From assembly GCA_965237675.1 (NCBI GenBank), contig OZ250150.1:2272001-2336000 (forward strand): 64,000 bases of DNA, written 5' to 3'. Below are positions 40,237 to 49,397 of this stretch, one piece after another. Positions within the stretch are counted from its first letter, which is position 1, and each line of letters begins with the position of its first letter. The notes beneath the pieces were generated by a model. It worked only from the letters and a program-made list of their open reading frames with translations, searched no databases and had not been told where the DNA came from. Origin of the DNA: Candidatus Latescibacterota bacterium. GTDB taxonomy: Bacteria; Latescibacterota; UBA2968; GCA-2709665. The position numbers and the translations under genes were made by a program.

Positions 40237-40953
40237 TCATTTTATGAGCTTGAGTCGCTTCAGATCTTCTTCCAACCACCCTATGCTGTCGAGAATACCT
40301 TTCAGGATTTTTGGGCCAAATGTCTTCCTTGGATGATAGTGAATTACGATCCGCGCACCATCCTTATAGAATGGCCTGGTGCCACTTCTCCTTTTTTCCT
40401 CTACCCATCCATCCGCCGTTAGCCTGAATAATTCGCAAGAAAGGCAGTTTCGTTACTCCAAGTCATTGTATTATGGTTACGCAAATAACCTTATAGCAAT
40501 GAATTTGGAAGAAACTACCGTTGGGGCTCAAGATATTCATCACAGGATCCTTTTCTCAAGTCTTTTCGGTGAAAAGTGAAGGGATTGATCATAAGGGAGG
40601 ACCTCTCCCCCCGGCCCCCTCTCCTGCAAGGAAAGGGGGAGTTGAACCAGGCGTTGTGCCAACACGGTTTTATATGAGCTCTGATTGAGCGGACCCATCA
40701 CAATATTTCGCCTGGATTTTTTCATCAATCGAAATGGCTTCAGCCAATCTGACCGTTCATCAACCGATCGCAGTTCCCCCTTCCTCTCAGGAAGGGGGGT
40801 AGGGGGTAGGTCTCGTCCGCCAAATCCGTCACAGACAGGTTTTTCTTCCGTTTCTCTAATCACCCGGAAGCTGTTTCTGCTTCCTGAAACTGCAATCCGT
40901 GACAATTCATGAATGAATCAGGTTAGAGCACCCATGAGCTTCTCGACGGAAAT
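40237..40953 (-). pseudogene. HicA-family toxin gene split by a 500 bp insertion
   Basis: Rejoining gives ISVEKLMGALTADGWVEEKRRSGTRPFYKDGARIVIHYHPRKTFGPKILKGILDSIGWLEEDLKRLKLIK-stop. Not in the ORF track. Confidence 0.78.
40423..40922. mobile_element. 500 bp non-autonomous element (MITE M3)
   Basis: TTAG direct repeats at 40419-22 and 40923-26; TIRs cctgaataattc / gaatgaatcagg; internal ccccctctcc...ggggag hairpins. Confidence 0.78.
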
Positions 40954-40961
40954 TCACAGGC

Positions 40962-41507
40962 CTATTCCGACCAGAGTCTCTCGAATTCCAATCGTCCATC
41001 GCCGGCTGATCTCAAGGCGAATACATCCGGATTCGAAAGAGATGCCCATCCATTGTAACCGAAATTGCCGTCTATCGAGTTCAATATAATACTCAGCAGG
41101 TTCCCGTGAGTCACTGCTATCGGGAAACGGTAGTCCCCGTTAAACAGGTCGGTTATGGCTGTCCATCCACGGTCAAACGCTTCGCGCCCCGACTCGCCTC
41201 CGGGCGCGCGCAACGTCCCGTCATCAAAGGAATCGCGGATGACCTCCCGCCAGTTGTCCATCGCTTGCGTCGACAGCCTGCGCTCGATCAGCCGTTGATC
41301 CAGGTGGATGGGCAAACCGTTCCTGGCGGCGAATGGTGCAATGCTCAGCCGCGCCCGGGCATAGGTACTGGAGGCAATCATGTCAATCGGGCAGTCAGAC
41401 AGGAAACCGGCGAGTCTTTCCGCCTGCTCTCGCCCGGTTTCCGTCAGCTCAGCCTCCGCTTCCTGCCCCGAAGATTGACAATGCCTGATCAGTAGCAACT
41501 GTCTCAC
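40962..41507 (-). CDS. Histidine phosphatase family protein
   Basis: LLIRHCQS, SS.Y.RA, L.ER, GGES, VTHG; GTG start with GGAGGA. Confidence 0.9.
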   Translation of the reverse strand: MRQLLLIRHCQSSGQEAEAELTETGREQAERLAGFLSDCPIDMIASSTYARARLSIAPFAARNGLPIHLDQRLIERRLSTQAMDNWREVIRDSFDDGTLRAPGGESGREAFDRGWTAITDLFNGDYRFPIAVTHGNLLSIILNSIDGNFGYNGWASLSNPDVFALRSAGDGRLEFERLWSE

Positions 41508-41901
41508 ACTTCCTCCAATCTGAACCGAGCCATACGGCTGCTTCCGGATCTTCCTGGGATTTACCAAATCGGCTGTTTTTATTCCGTCGCGTCGATAGAC
41601 TTGCGAAACGCCAACCTTGCGACGGGATTGCCTTTCAAGACCGCAAGGCCTCTATCTCTTGACGTTTCTCATTTGTTATTTGAGAGATCGTTTATAGAGT
41701 TCAATACCACGGAGGGCCACGCGGGAGATGTTTCGAAGCAGGTCGATCCTGGCATTGTAGTTCTCCAAATCTGTTGTACAACCAAGGAAAATATAGACAC
41801 CAGAGCAAATGTAGAGGGTTAGAAAATCCGGTATGAATTCCCGGAAGAAAATCTCCCCCACGATTCTTGAATGCAACTCCCTTGACAATTGAGGAAAGGC
41901 C

Positions 41902-42762
41902 TTGAAGCCCGCGGATTCTACCCTTTACGTCTCCGACCTGGACGGCACGCTACTGGGCAGCGATACGTCGCTGTCCCAGTACAGCAAGGATACCCTTAAC
42001 TCTCTGTTGGATCAGGGTCTGCTCTTTACCGTGGCCAGCGCTCGCAGCATTGCCTCCATCCGTCGCTTGCTGGCCGGTCTGCGTCTCCGTCTGCCGGTTG
42101 TTGAATTCAACGGCGCCCTGGTCTCCGATCTGGCCAGCGGCCAGCACTATCTGGTCCGCGAACTTCACCGCGACATTTTGCCCGAGTTGTGGCAACAAAT
42201 AACCGACGCCGGCCACGGGCTCTTCATCTCGACTTATGACGGCACGGCGGACCGTTGCTACTACCGCGATATCACCAATGACGGCATGGCCTGGTACGTG
42301 CGCAACAGGCGGCTCAACCAGGATCCGCGCATGCGCTATCTACCCGACCTGGAGCGCGGCCTGGAAGACCAGGTGGTTTGTCTGACTGTTATCGGACAGG
42401 GACCGGAAATGGAGAAATTGGCCGAAGAGATGGACCATCGGCACGCCGGGCGCATCCAGACCCAATGCTACGAGAATCAGTCTTCGCCCGGCTGGTACTG
42501 GCTGACTATCCACGATGCCCGCGCCACCAAAGAACACGGCATACTATTCCTCAAGCGCATGAAAGGCCTGGAAGACCGTCGTCTGATCGTCTTTGGCGAC
42601 GAGGTAAACGACCTGGGAATGTTCAAGTTGGCGGATGAGGCCCTCGCCGTGGCCAATGGCATTCCCGCCCTCAAGGAACACGCGACTGGTATCATCGACA
42701 CCAACGAAGCGGACGGCATCGCCCGCCATATATCTCGACGTTGGTACGGAGCACAGGAATAG
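41902..42762 (+). CDS. Cof-type HAD hydrolase
   Basis: SDLDGTLL, ASAR, NGA, ATK, FGDEVNDLGMF. Confidence 0.92.
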   Translation: MKPADSTLYVSDLDGTLLGSDTSLSQYSKDTLNSLLDQGLLFTVASARSIASIRRLLAGLRLRLPVVEFNGALVSDLASGQHYLVRELHRDILPELWQQITDAGHGLFISTYDGTADRCYYRDITNDGMAWYVRNRRLNQDPRMRYLPDLERGLEDQVVCLTVIGQGPEMEKLAEEMDHRHAGRIQTQCYENQSSPGWYWLTIHDARATKEHGILFLKRMKGLEDRRLIVFGDEVNDLGMFKLADEALAVANGIPALKEHATGIIDTNEADGIARHISRRWYGAQE

Positions 42763-43216
42763 GGTCGTTGCATTGCCGTTTACAAAGCCAACGTGAGACG
42801 ACACGCATAACAAGACCAGCGCATTCACATTCGGTATGCCGCCGAGAATCGGTAATTGCCCGAAAATGGGTCGCGACATGCGTCCGTCACACATGCGCAC
42901 CCCGGTGAAGTTTCCAATTGTATTTACGTTATATTTGATGTAGAATATAAATATGGACGCGAATTGGCATATCCTCTACTTCGAGTCAAATGACGGTCAA
43001 TGTCCAATTCGTGAATTTATCGATGGACGCAACAAACGGGATCAAGCGAAAGTGCTCAGTTGGATTTCGCTATTGGAGGACCGGGGACCCAATCTGCCTC
43101 GTCCGTATGCAGATCTGTTGACAGATGGGATCCACGAACTGCGGATCAATCTTTCCGGTGATCATGTTCGCGCACTCTACTTTTTTTGCTATAGAGAGTT
43201 TATTGTTTTAACCCAT

Positions 43217-45029
43217 GAGTCGCCTCCGAAAAGGGGGCCGCGAAGGATTCGTGTTGGTGGTCAGCGATGCGTATAGGGATGTATCGTGGTGCCGGGATTT
43301 TACAGCGACCTGCGGCGCATCAACGTAGAGGGAGGCCACCAGGTTGGTCTCGGTGTTGTCAATCAGGGTTTTGCACAAGAAATCCCCGATTATGCGGGGA
43401 TCATCAGGGGTGTGGCGAGGTAGTTCTTGATCCGAACCAGATTGATCCATAGGCCACGACACCAGGCCCACCGTTGGTGTGGCATCAGTCCGCGATAGCG
43501 CGTCTTGCCATTTTTGGTGTAATAGCTCAACTGGAAGATGCTGGCCTCGACATTGTTGCGTCTGTTTCTAATATGGGCAGGGAGTGCTTCGATCTGTTTG
43601 CGATTGAGGTAACTGTCGATGTGTTGTTCTTTAAAGTATCGTGGTTTGCCATCGATGATGATTTTGTATTTTCCCGGTTTGTATTCTTGGGCAAGCTGAA
43701 CCTCTCCGGTTTGTTGATCAATGACCTTGACACCGTCTGCTGTGCGTTCATAACTGAAACGCCCTGGGGTTCCTTGCAGGCCACTGTAATAGAATTGCTT
43801 GTCCTGTTCTTTTGCGTACTCGGCGTTGGATTGATCATTATAGGCCCCATCCATTGACACTTCCAAGACGTCACCCACCACGCGTTGTGTCTGCTCAATG
43901 GCAGGTTGGACAAACGCGTTGTCGGGACTCGTCGCCGGTTTGACGTCAACATCCGTGATCAAATTGAGGCCATCCTCATCGCAGGTCTCGGTGAGGTTGA
44001 CATTATACCCTTTCACCTTATTCTCGCCTTTCCTGCGAAAGGCCGCATCGTCATCATGGGCAGACTGCAACGAGGATGAACAGATCGCTTTCGGAGGCTT
44101 GGGTAGCACCTCTTCGGGGGAAGACAAAACCGTATATTGGTCCTCAAAAACACGCACGATCAGACCATATCGATCGCTGTCTTTCTCGGTATAGGTCTCT
44201 TGTAGCCTGCTCAATAACAGCCCCAATTCCTGTAGCTTCTCGCCTTTTTCAGTAGGGGTGAGACGGTAGACAACCTGATGGGGCTTCCCTTGGATCAGAT
44301 CCTCCAAAACCTGCTGATCCGTTGCCGATAATCGTCCCTTCTCATCCTTGTCCAATGACCTCCAGAACCCTTGTAAGCAACAAACCACCAACTGCAACCG
44401 ACAACACAAGGCAATGTTGGCGCCGATCAACTTACTGTCCATTCGGATTTGTTGACCCAATACACCAAAGGCCTTGGCCTGCGTCTTTGTTAAGCTGAAA
44501 AAGGTCTCTCCTACCAGATCGCGACCGGTCTTCAGTTGATACGCATACAAAGCCTGCTTGAACAGATAATACGTGGACTCGACAGGCACTTCATCCGTAA
44601 GATTCACCAACCCCAATGCCCCCATCACCAGGATGTTGAACCGACATTGCTCGAAAAGTTGGGCATCGCTCCACCCAAAGCCCTCCTTCAAGATCATCAT
44701 CGACACCAGATGCCGGATCGGCGCATTGGGACGGCCTATGTCAGGGTCAAACACCACACGAAAAATATCCTCATCGACCTTTGAGGTGATGTGCTCGTAG
44801 AACAGATTATTCCAGGCGGCCGGATCATTTAGCCGATCCAGCTTCGGACCTTTGAAATGCGACTCGAAGCTGCTAAACAGATCCGGCTGACTTGAAGGGG
44901 CACTCCTTCGAAACATATGTCCCTCGCTTCTTTGTGATCAAACATCAATCTGCAACATTGCAACCTGTTTATACCTCGAATTTAGTACTTTTTCCTGGTT
45001 AAGTAAACACGACTTTTCGGAGTGGGCTC
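43217..45029 (-). mobile_element. Insertion sequence, 1813 bp, IS5/IS1182-like DDE element
   Basis: 6 bp TSD ACCCAT on both sides; TIRs gagtcgcctccgaaaag / cttttcggagtgggctc; lower GC than the flanks. Confidence 0.92.
43390..44916 (-). CDS. DDE transposase
   Basis: GRPNAP...LK...WSD, RMDSKLI.ANI, D.DAAFRRK...GY, MDGAY, RNNVEA. Confidence 0.92.
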   Translation of the reverse strand: MFRRSAPSSQPDLFSSFESHFKGPKLDRLNDPAAWNNLFYEHITSKVDEDIFRVVFDPDIGRPNAPIRHLVSMMILKEGFGWSDAQLFEQCRFNILVMGALGLVNLTDEVPVESTYYLFKQALYAYQLKTGRDLVGETFFSLTKTQAKAFGVLGQQIRMDSKLIGANIALCCRLQLVVCCLQGFWRSLDKDEKGRLSATDQQVLEDLIQGKPHQVVYRLTPTEKGEKLQELGLLLSRLQETYTEKDSDRYGLIVRVFEDQYTVLSSPEEVLPKPPKAICSSSLQSAHDDDAAFRRKGENKVKGYNVNLTETCDEDGLNLITDVDVKPATSPDNAFVQPAIEQTQRVVGDVLEVSMDGAYNDQSNAEYAKEQDKQFYYSGLQGTPGRFSYERTADGVKVIDQQTGEVQLAQEYKPGKYKIIIDGKPRYFKEQHIDSYLNRKQIEALPAHIRNRRNNVEASIFQLSYYTKNGKTRYRGLMPHQRWAWCRGLWINLVRIKNYLATPLMIPA

Positions 45030-45147
45030 ACCCATGCATTCATAAAAAGCACTGATCGCGTTCCTCGAAGCCAGATTCGCCAGGCACGGAACATGCGTGC
45101 TGACTTCTTGAGACGATTCGATGAAAAACAGTTGAAGGAGGCCGTGG

Positions 45148-45444
45148 ATGAAGACCTTTAGAAAACACCTGTCAGAAAAACTCAAGGATGATCAATTCAG
45201 AAGGCTTTATGAAGAAGAGAGGCAACTTGCGGAACTCTCTTTGAAGATTCTTGGGACTCGGGAAAGCAAGGGTCTGTCCCAGAGGGAAGTCGCCAGGAAA
45301 GCAAAGGTCACACAGCAGCAACTATCCAAAGTGGAAAATGGAATCAACTGTAATCTGACCACCTTTCTCAAAGTCTGCAATGCGCTGGATCTCAGAATTG
45401 ACCTGGGTCAATCTCATGCGCGCGGGGTAACATCGCATGCGTAG
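45148..45444 (+). CDS. XRE/HTH antitoxin (HigA-like)
   Basis: GLSQREVARKAKVTQQQLSKVENG; overlaps the 3' end of the toxin. Confidence 0.9.
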   Translation: MKTFRKHLSEKLKDDQFRRLYEEERQLAELSLKILGTRESKGLSQREVARKAKVTQQQLSKVENGINCNLTTFLKVCNALDLRIDLGQSHARGVTSHA

Positions 45445-45539
45445 AAGCGAAAAATCGCGAAACAACCATCTGCATCGCTCGAATTATTTCGCCACGGGTC
45501 CATCCGCTTGAAGGGAGACGAGGCAATTGCACACCATCA

Positions 45540-45629
45540 GTAGGGGCGTCCCTTGTGGGCGCCCCTGGGCGACTGCCGTAAAGCGGCGGCGGCCGCGAGG
45601 AAAAGGGCAACCACGAGGGTTGCCCCTAC
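45540..45629. repeat. Inverted GTAG-REP doublet (REPIN-like)
   Basis: gtaggggcgtcccttgtgggcgcccc ... agggcaaccacgagggttgcccctac; single copy also at 11185-11209. Confidence 0.78.
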
Positions 45630-45759
45630 AACGGGTATCGGCGTTGGCGCGTACAGGAAACCAGGAACGCCAAAAATACGATCCACATCCACCGCGACGT
45701 CCGGACGGTTCGCAAACCACTCCCGCTTCCGGCGGCTGAATCCACGGTTGGGCGCCTGC

Positions 45760-45865
45760 ACCCTGAGCCGCTCCCTGAGCTTGAGGTCCCTGAGCCCGTC
45801 GAAGGGTCGGCGAAGGGTAGCCGAAACGCGGGTATTTCGACAAGCTTGCTTCGACAGGCTCAGCA
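45760..45865. repeat. CTGAGC/GCTCAG REP-like cluster
   Basis: ccctgagcccgtcgaagggtcggcgaaggg is the reverse complement of the motif at 7820, 21277 and 23287. Confidence 0.8.
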
Positions 45866-46124
45866 CAGGCAACGCACGCAGCATCCACGTTTCGGTAGGC
45901 GTTTTTCGACTGCGCTCAGAATGACAGGTCGGCCGATCGTCAGGCCGGTAAATATGGCCACATGGATGAATAGCACCAGTAATCCGGAATCACAGGAGTC
46001 CTGTTTCGGATATTTCTAACGTCCCTTAAGCGGGGCGTTTTTGTTTGCCAAACGGGAAATTAACGATTATTTTTTTATAACTTACTTGCCGTCGGTCGGC
46101 GACGGCGATGGGAGAGAAATCGGG

Positions 46125-46910
46125 ATGACGTTCCTCCAGGCGGCCCTCCTGGGATTGGTGCAGGGATTATCCGAGTTTCTGCCGGTGAGCAGTTCGGGGC
46201 ATCTGGTGCTGGGGCAGGCTTTGATGGGCGTGCAGCCGGGTGACCTGGTGTTCGAGGTTACCGTACACTTCGGAACGTTGCTTGCCGTGCTCACGGTACT
46301 TCGAGAACGGATCTGGCGGCTGGTAACCGGCTGTATCCGGCGGGACCCGGCGTCCCTGAGGATGTTGTTGTTGCTGCTTTTGGGCACGGTACCGGCGGGC
46401 GTGGTGGGGATATGGTTCGAGGATTTCCTGGAACTGGTGTTCCACAGCCCCACGGTGGCGGCCGGATGCCTGGTTGCAACGGGTGTGGTGTTGTGGAGCA
46501 CCCGATTTGTCTCTGGCAGGAGGCGGGAGATCGGCGTCGGTGATGCGCTTCTGATCGGGCTGGCGCAGGCGGTTGCCATACTGCCGGGGATTTCCCGATC
46601 GGGTCTGACAATCAGTGCGGGATTGTGGCGGGGGGTTGAGGGAAGGGAGGCTGCGTCCTTTTCGTTCATGTTGTCGATTCCCGTGATTCTGGGCGCCACG
46701 GCGTTGAAGGCGGGCGACTTGATCACCGACCCGCCGCCCTGGAACCTTGTTGTGCCCCTGTTCGTCGGTCTGATCGCGGCCTTCGCTTCCGGTGTCGTGG
46801 CCATCCGGTGGCTCCTCGCCCTGCTTCGCGGCCGCCGGCTGCATCGCTTTTCCTACTACTGCTGGGCGCTGGGGCTGGTGGCGTTGACGACGCTCTGGTT
46901 GCGTCACTGA
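46125..46910 (+). CDS. uppP: Undecaprenyl-diphosphate phosphatase
   Basis: GLVQGLSEFLPVSSSGHL, PGISRSG, FSFMLSIP. Confidence 0.96.
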   Translation: MTFLQAALLGLVQGLSEFLPVSSSGHLVLGQALMGVQPGDLVFEVTVHFGTLLAVLTVLRERIWRLVTGCIRRDPASLRMLLLLLLGTVPAGVVGIWFEDFLELVFHSPTVAAGCLVATGVVLWSTRFVSGRRREIGVGDALLIGLAQAVAILPGISRSGLTISAGLWRGVEGREAASFSFMLSIPVILGATALKAGDLITDPPPWNLVVPLFVGLIAAFASGVVAIRWLLALLRGRRLHRFSYYCWALGLVALTTLWLRH

Positions 46911-46920
46911 GGATTCTGTT

Positions 46921-47316
46921 ATGCGGATAAGGATCGTTTGCGCTGTTCTCGTGGTCTTTCTGGGCTGCGGCAGGGATTCAAACGTATTGGACGCCGAAGA
47001 TCTGTCGAACATGTTGTCCATTACGAATCTGGCTGCGCAGCCGGTGTTCGATCAGGGCAACCCGCCCCTGATTGTCGCGGTACGCATCGACGCGGATGTG
47101 GTCCACGTCGGCGATGTTCCGATCGACATACCCTTTATCCTGACGTGGAGGCTGACCGACGATCAGAATGCGACGGTGGGGCAGGCGTCGAAACAGTTTG
47201 ATGCGAATATGGAACCGGGTGCGGTTCGACACGTGACGTTGACGATTCAATTCGAAGCCCGCGAAAGCGTCACCGGGCTCCGGAACGTGGCAACCTTCGA
47301 TCCGGTTTCCTCGTAA
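46921..47316 (+). CDS. Putative lipoprotein
   Basis: Signal peptide ending FLGC; GAGG RBS. Confidence 0.7.
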   Translation: MRIRIVCAVLVVFLGCGRDSNVLDAEDLSNMLSITNLAAQPVFDQGNPPLIVAVRIDADVVHVGDVPIDIPFILTWRLTDDQNATVGQASKQFDANMEPGAVRHVTLTIQFEARESVTGLRNVATFDPVSS

Positions 47317-47432
47317 CTTAGAAATGCCTTGATCGCGTTCCGAAAATGTGGTATTTTCCGGTCCGTTATACGGTTTGAATACTTCAGACGCCGGCATCGC
47401 TGCCGGGCTTTTTTTCGTCCGGAAGGGAATGG

Positions 47433-48149
47433 ATGAAACTCTATATTATCCGGCATGGGCAATCGGCGAACAACGCGTTGGAAAACGGAGGTAAGCGGGT
47501 TTGCGATCCGCCCCTGACCGAAATCGGCGAGGCTCAGGCGGACAGGCTGGCCCGCTATCTGACCGCGGCCGGAGACGGCGCTGAGCCGTTCCACAACGTG
47601 GCGTTTCAGCAGAATTGCGCGGGCTTTGAATTCGACCGGATATTTTCAAGCCCGATGTTGCGCGCAATGCAGACGGCGGCGCCTGTTGGAAGGGCAATGG
47701 GAATCCGGCCCGAAATCTGGATCGATATTCACGAGGAGGGCGGGATCTGGCTGGATGAAGGCGACGGTCGGGGAGAGGTGGGGTATCCGGGCCTCACGCG
47801 GAGCGAGATCGAGGCGCGGTTCCCCGATTTTGCGGTGCCCGAAACCATCACGGATGGGGGCTGGTGGAACCGGCCGGCGGAGATCAAAACGGAGTGGCGC
47901 GCGCGGGCGCGCAGAGTGGCGTCGGTACTGTACGAGTGTTTTGCGGGCACCGAGGAGCGGATTGCGCTGGTGTGTCACGGCGGATTCGCCAACGACCTGC
48001 TTCATGCCGTGTTCGCCGGAATGCCGGACAGCATCTATTTTGAGAATCCCAATACGGCGATCAGCCGTCTGGATTTCAATGGCAAGGGATGGGTGCAGGT
48101 CCGTTATCTGAGTTGCGTGGCTCATCTCACGCCGGAGTTGATTGCGTAA
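47433..48149 (+). CDS. Histidine phosphatase family protein
   Basis: IIRHGQS, LT..G..QA, SSPMLRA.QTA, VCHGG. Confidence 0.92.
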   Translation: MKLYIIRHGQSANNALENGGKRVCDPPLTEIGEAQADRLARYLTAAGDGAEPFHNVAFQQNCAGFEFDRIFSSPMLRAMQTAAPVGRAMGIRPEIWIDIHEEGGIWLDEGDGRGEVGYPGLTRSEIEARFPDFAVPETITDGGWWNRPAEIKTEWRARARRVASVLYECFAGTEERIALVCHGGFANDLLHAVFAGMPDSIYFENPNTAISRLDFNGKGWVQVRYLSCVAHLTPELIA

Positions 48150-48314
48150 AGCAACGTATCGGGACGAGGAACGTGGAAAACGGAAAAAGAGATTCAGAGA
48201 GCGCCTTCCGGATTCACTCATCTCGTACCCGCGCGGCTTCGGACAGCGCAGATACCGAGTCGTTCCCGCACGAGACAGGCTGTCGATCCATTCTTATCAT
48301 TGAGGTGTCCTGTT

Positions 48315-49322
48315 ATGGCTAAACCCGAAGTCGTTCTATCCGGTTTTGCGGATGAAGGTCCGGTGAGCAAGCGGGCCGAAGAGCAGCTGACGATGATGTC
48401 CGCCCTCGGGCTGTCGTATTACACAATCCGGTTCATCGATCTCGGCAATGGCGTGAAGAACGTCATGGAATTGTCAGACGAGGAAATACAACGGCTTCAG
48501 GATCTGCACAAAGCGTTCCGGATCAACGTGTCCAGCGTGGGTTCTCCGCTGGGCAAGGTCAAGCTCGTGGATAAAGACGATGGGACACAGAACCGGTACG
48601 TCCCGTTTGACTCCTATCTGAAAAACGACGTGCAGCGGGCGATCGACCTTGCCCACGCGTTCGACACCAAGTTGCTCAGGGGGTTCAGCTATTACCATCC
48701 ACACGGGGAGGATCCCTGGACGTACCTGGACAGGGCGGCGGAGCAACTCGGGCAGATCGTGGAGAAGTGCGCGTCGGCAGGTGTGGTTTACGGTATGGAG
48801 GTGGAGGCCGATCTGGTTGGCGGCGATGGCGACACGTTGATCGCATTGTTCGAGAAAGTCAATAGTCCGTACGTCTGTATTATTCCGGACGTGGGTAACA
48901 TGGAGTCCAAGGGCCACAGCCCCGACAGCGCGTACGAGCATTATGTCAAAATGAAACCCGGGGTGGGCTGGATACACATCAAAGGTTTCAACAATCCGTC
49001 GAACCAGGCCATGCTGGCAGCGGCCGGAGAGCGCGGGCTGACCCGGTTCATCCCGGTGGACCGGGGCGATTCCGGGCATGAGCAGGTGTTGCGCGACTTC
49101 CGGACGCTGGTGCCTGAAATCCGGCAGCGCTACTCTCCGCTGGGTGTGCCGGGCGTCTTCGTGGACCTGGAGCCGCACGTGAAGGGCGGCGGCCAGTTCG
49201 GCGGCGTCAGCGGGGTGGACGGATTCGGCGTGGCCTTTCGGAGCCTCTGCCGCCTTCTGGACTATCTGGAGTACGACTATCATCTGACCGGCTACGAAGA
49301 TATTTCCAATCCCGCGTCGTGA
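48315..49322 (+). CDS. Sugar phosphate isomerase/epimerase (TIM barrel)
   Basis: LSGFADE, GSPLGK, MEVE, DVGN, HIK, LEPH. Confidence 0.88.
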   Translation: MAKPEVVLSGFADEGPVSKRAEEQLTMMSALGLSYYTIRFIDLGNGVKNVMELSDEEIQRLQDLHKAFRINVSSVGSPLGKVKLVDKDDGTQNRYVPFDSYLKNDVQRAIDLAHAFDTKLLRGFSYYHPHGEDPWTYLDRAAEQLGQIVEKCASAGVVYGMEVEADLVGGDGDTLIALFEKVNSPYVCIIPDVGNMESKGHSPDSAYEHYVKMKPGVGWIHIKGFNNPSNQAMLAAAGERGLTRFIPVDRGDSGHEQVLRDFRTLVPEIRQRYSPLGVPGVFVDLEPHVKGGGQFGGVSGVDGFGVAFRSLCRLLDYLEYDYHLTGYEDISNPAS

Positions 49323-49397
49323 ACGTTCGCGGGCGCCTGTCACCAGGGGTGCGATTTTCGCGCCCCTGATCTTTTTGCTTACCCGTCCGAGGTCTCA

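Larger units (their letters stand above)
42953..45161 (+). pseudogene. RelE/HigB-like toxin gene interrupted by an IS
   Basis: 42953-43216 plus 45036-45161 rejoin in frame: ...GIHELR...RALYFF...IVLTH|AFIKSTDRVPRSQI...EDL-stop (129 aa). Confidence 0.9.

Noticed and set aside
40084-40422. 112-aa plus-strand ORF
   Set aside because: Antisense to the HicA-like remnant, which explains the sequence better.
41676-41888. 70-aa minus-strand ORF in an AT-richer patch
   Set aside because: Possibly a gene remnant, but no recognisable motif or start signal.
47390-47415. Hairpin plus T run upstream of the histidine phosphatase as a riboswitch
   Set aside because: No aptamer recognised; a plain terminator of the uppP-lipoprotein unit suffices.
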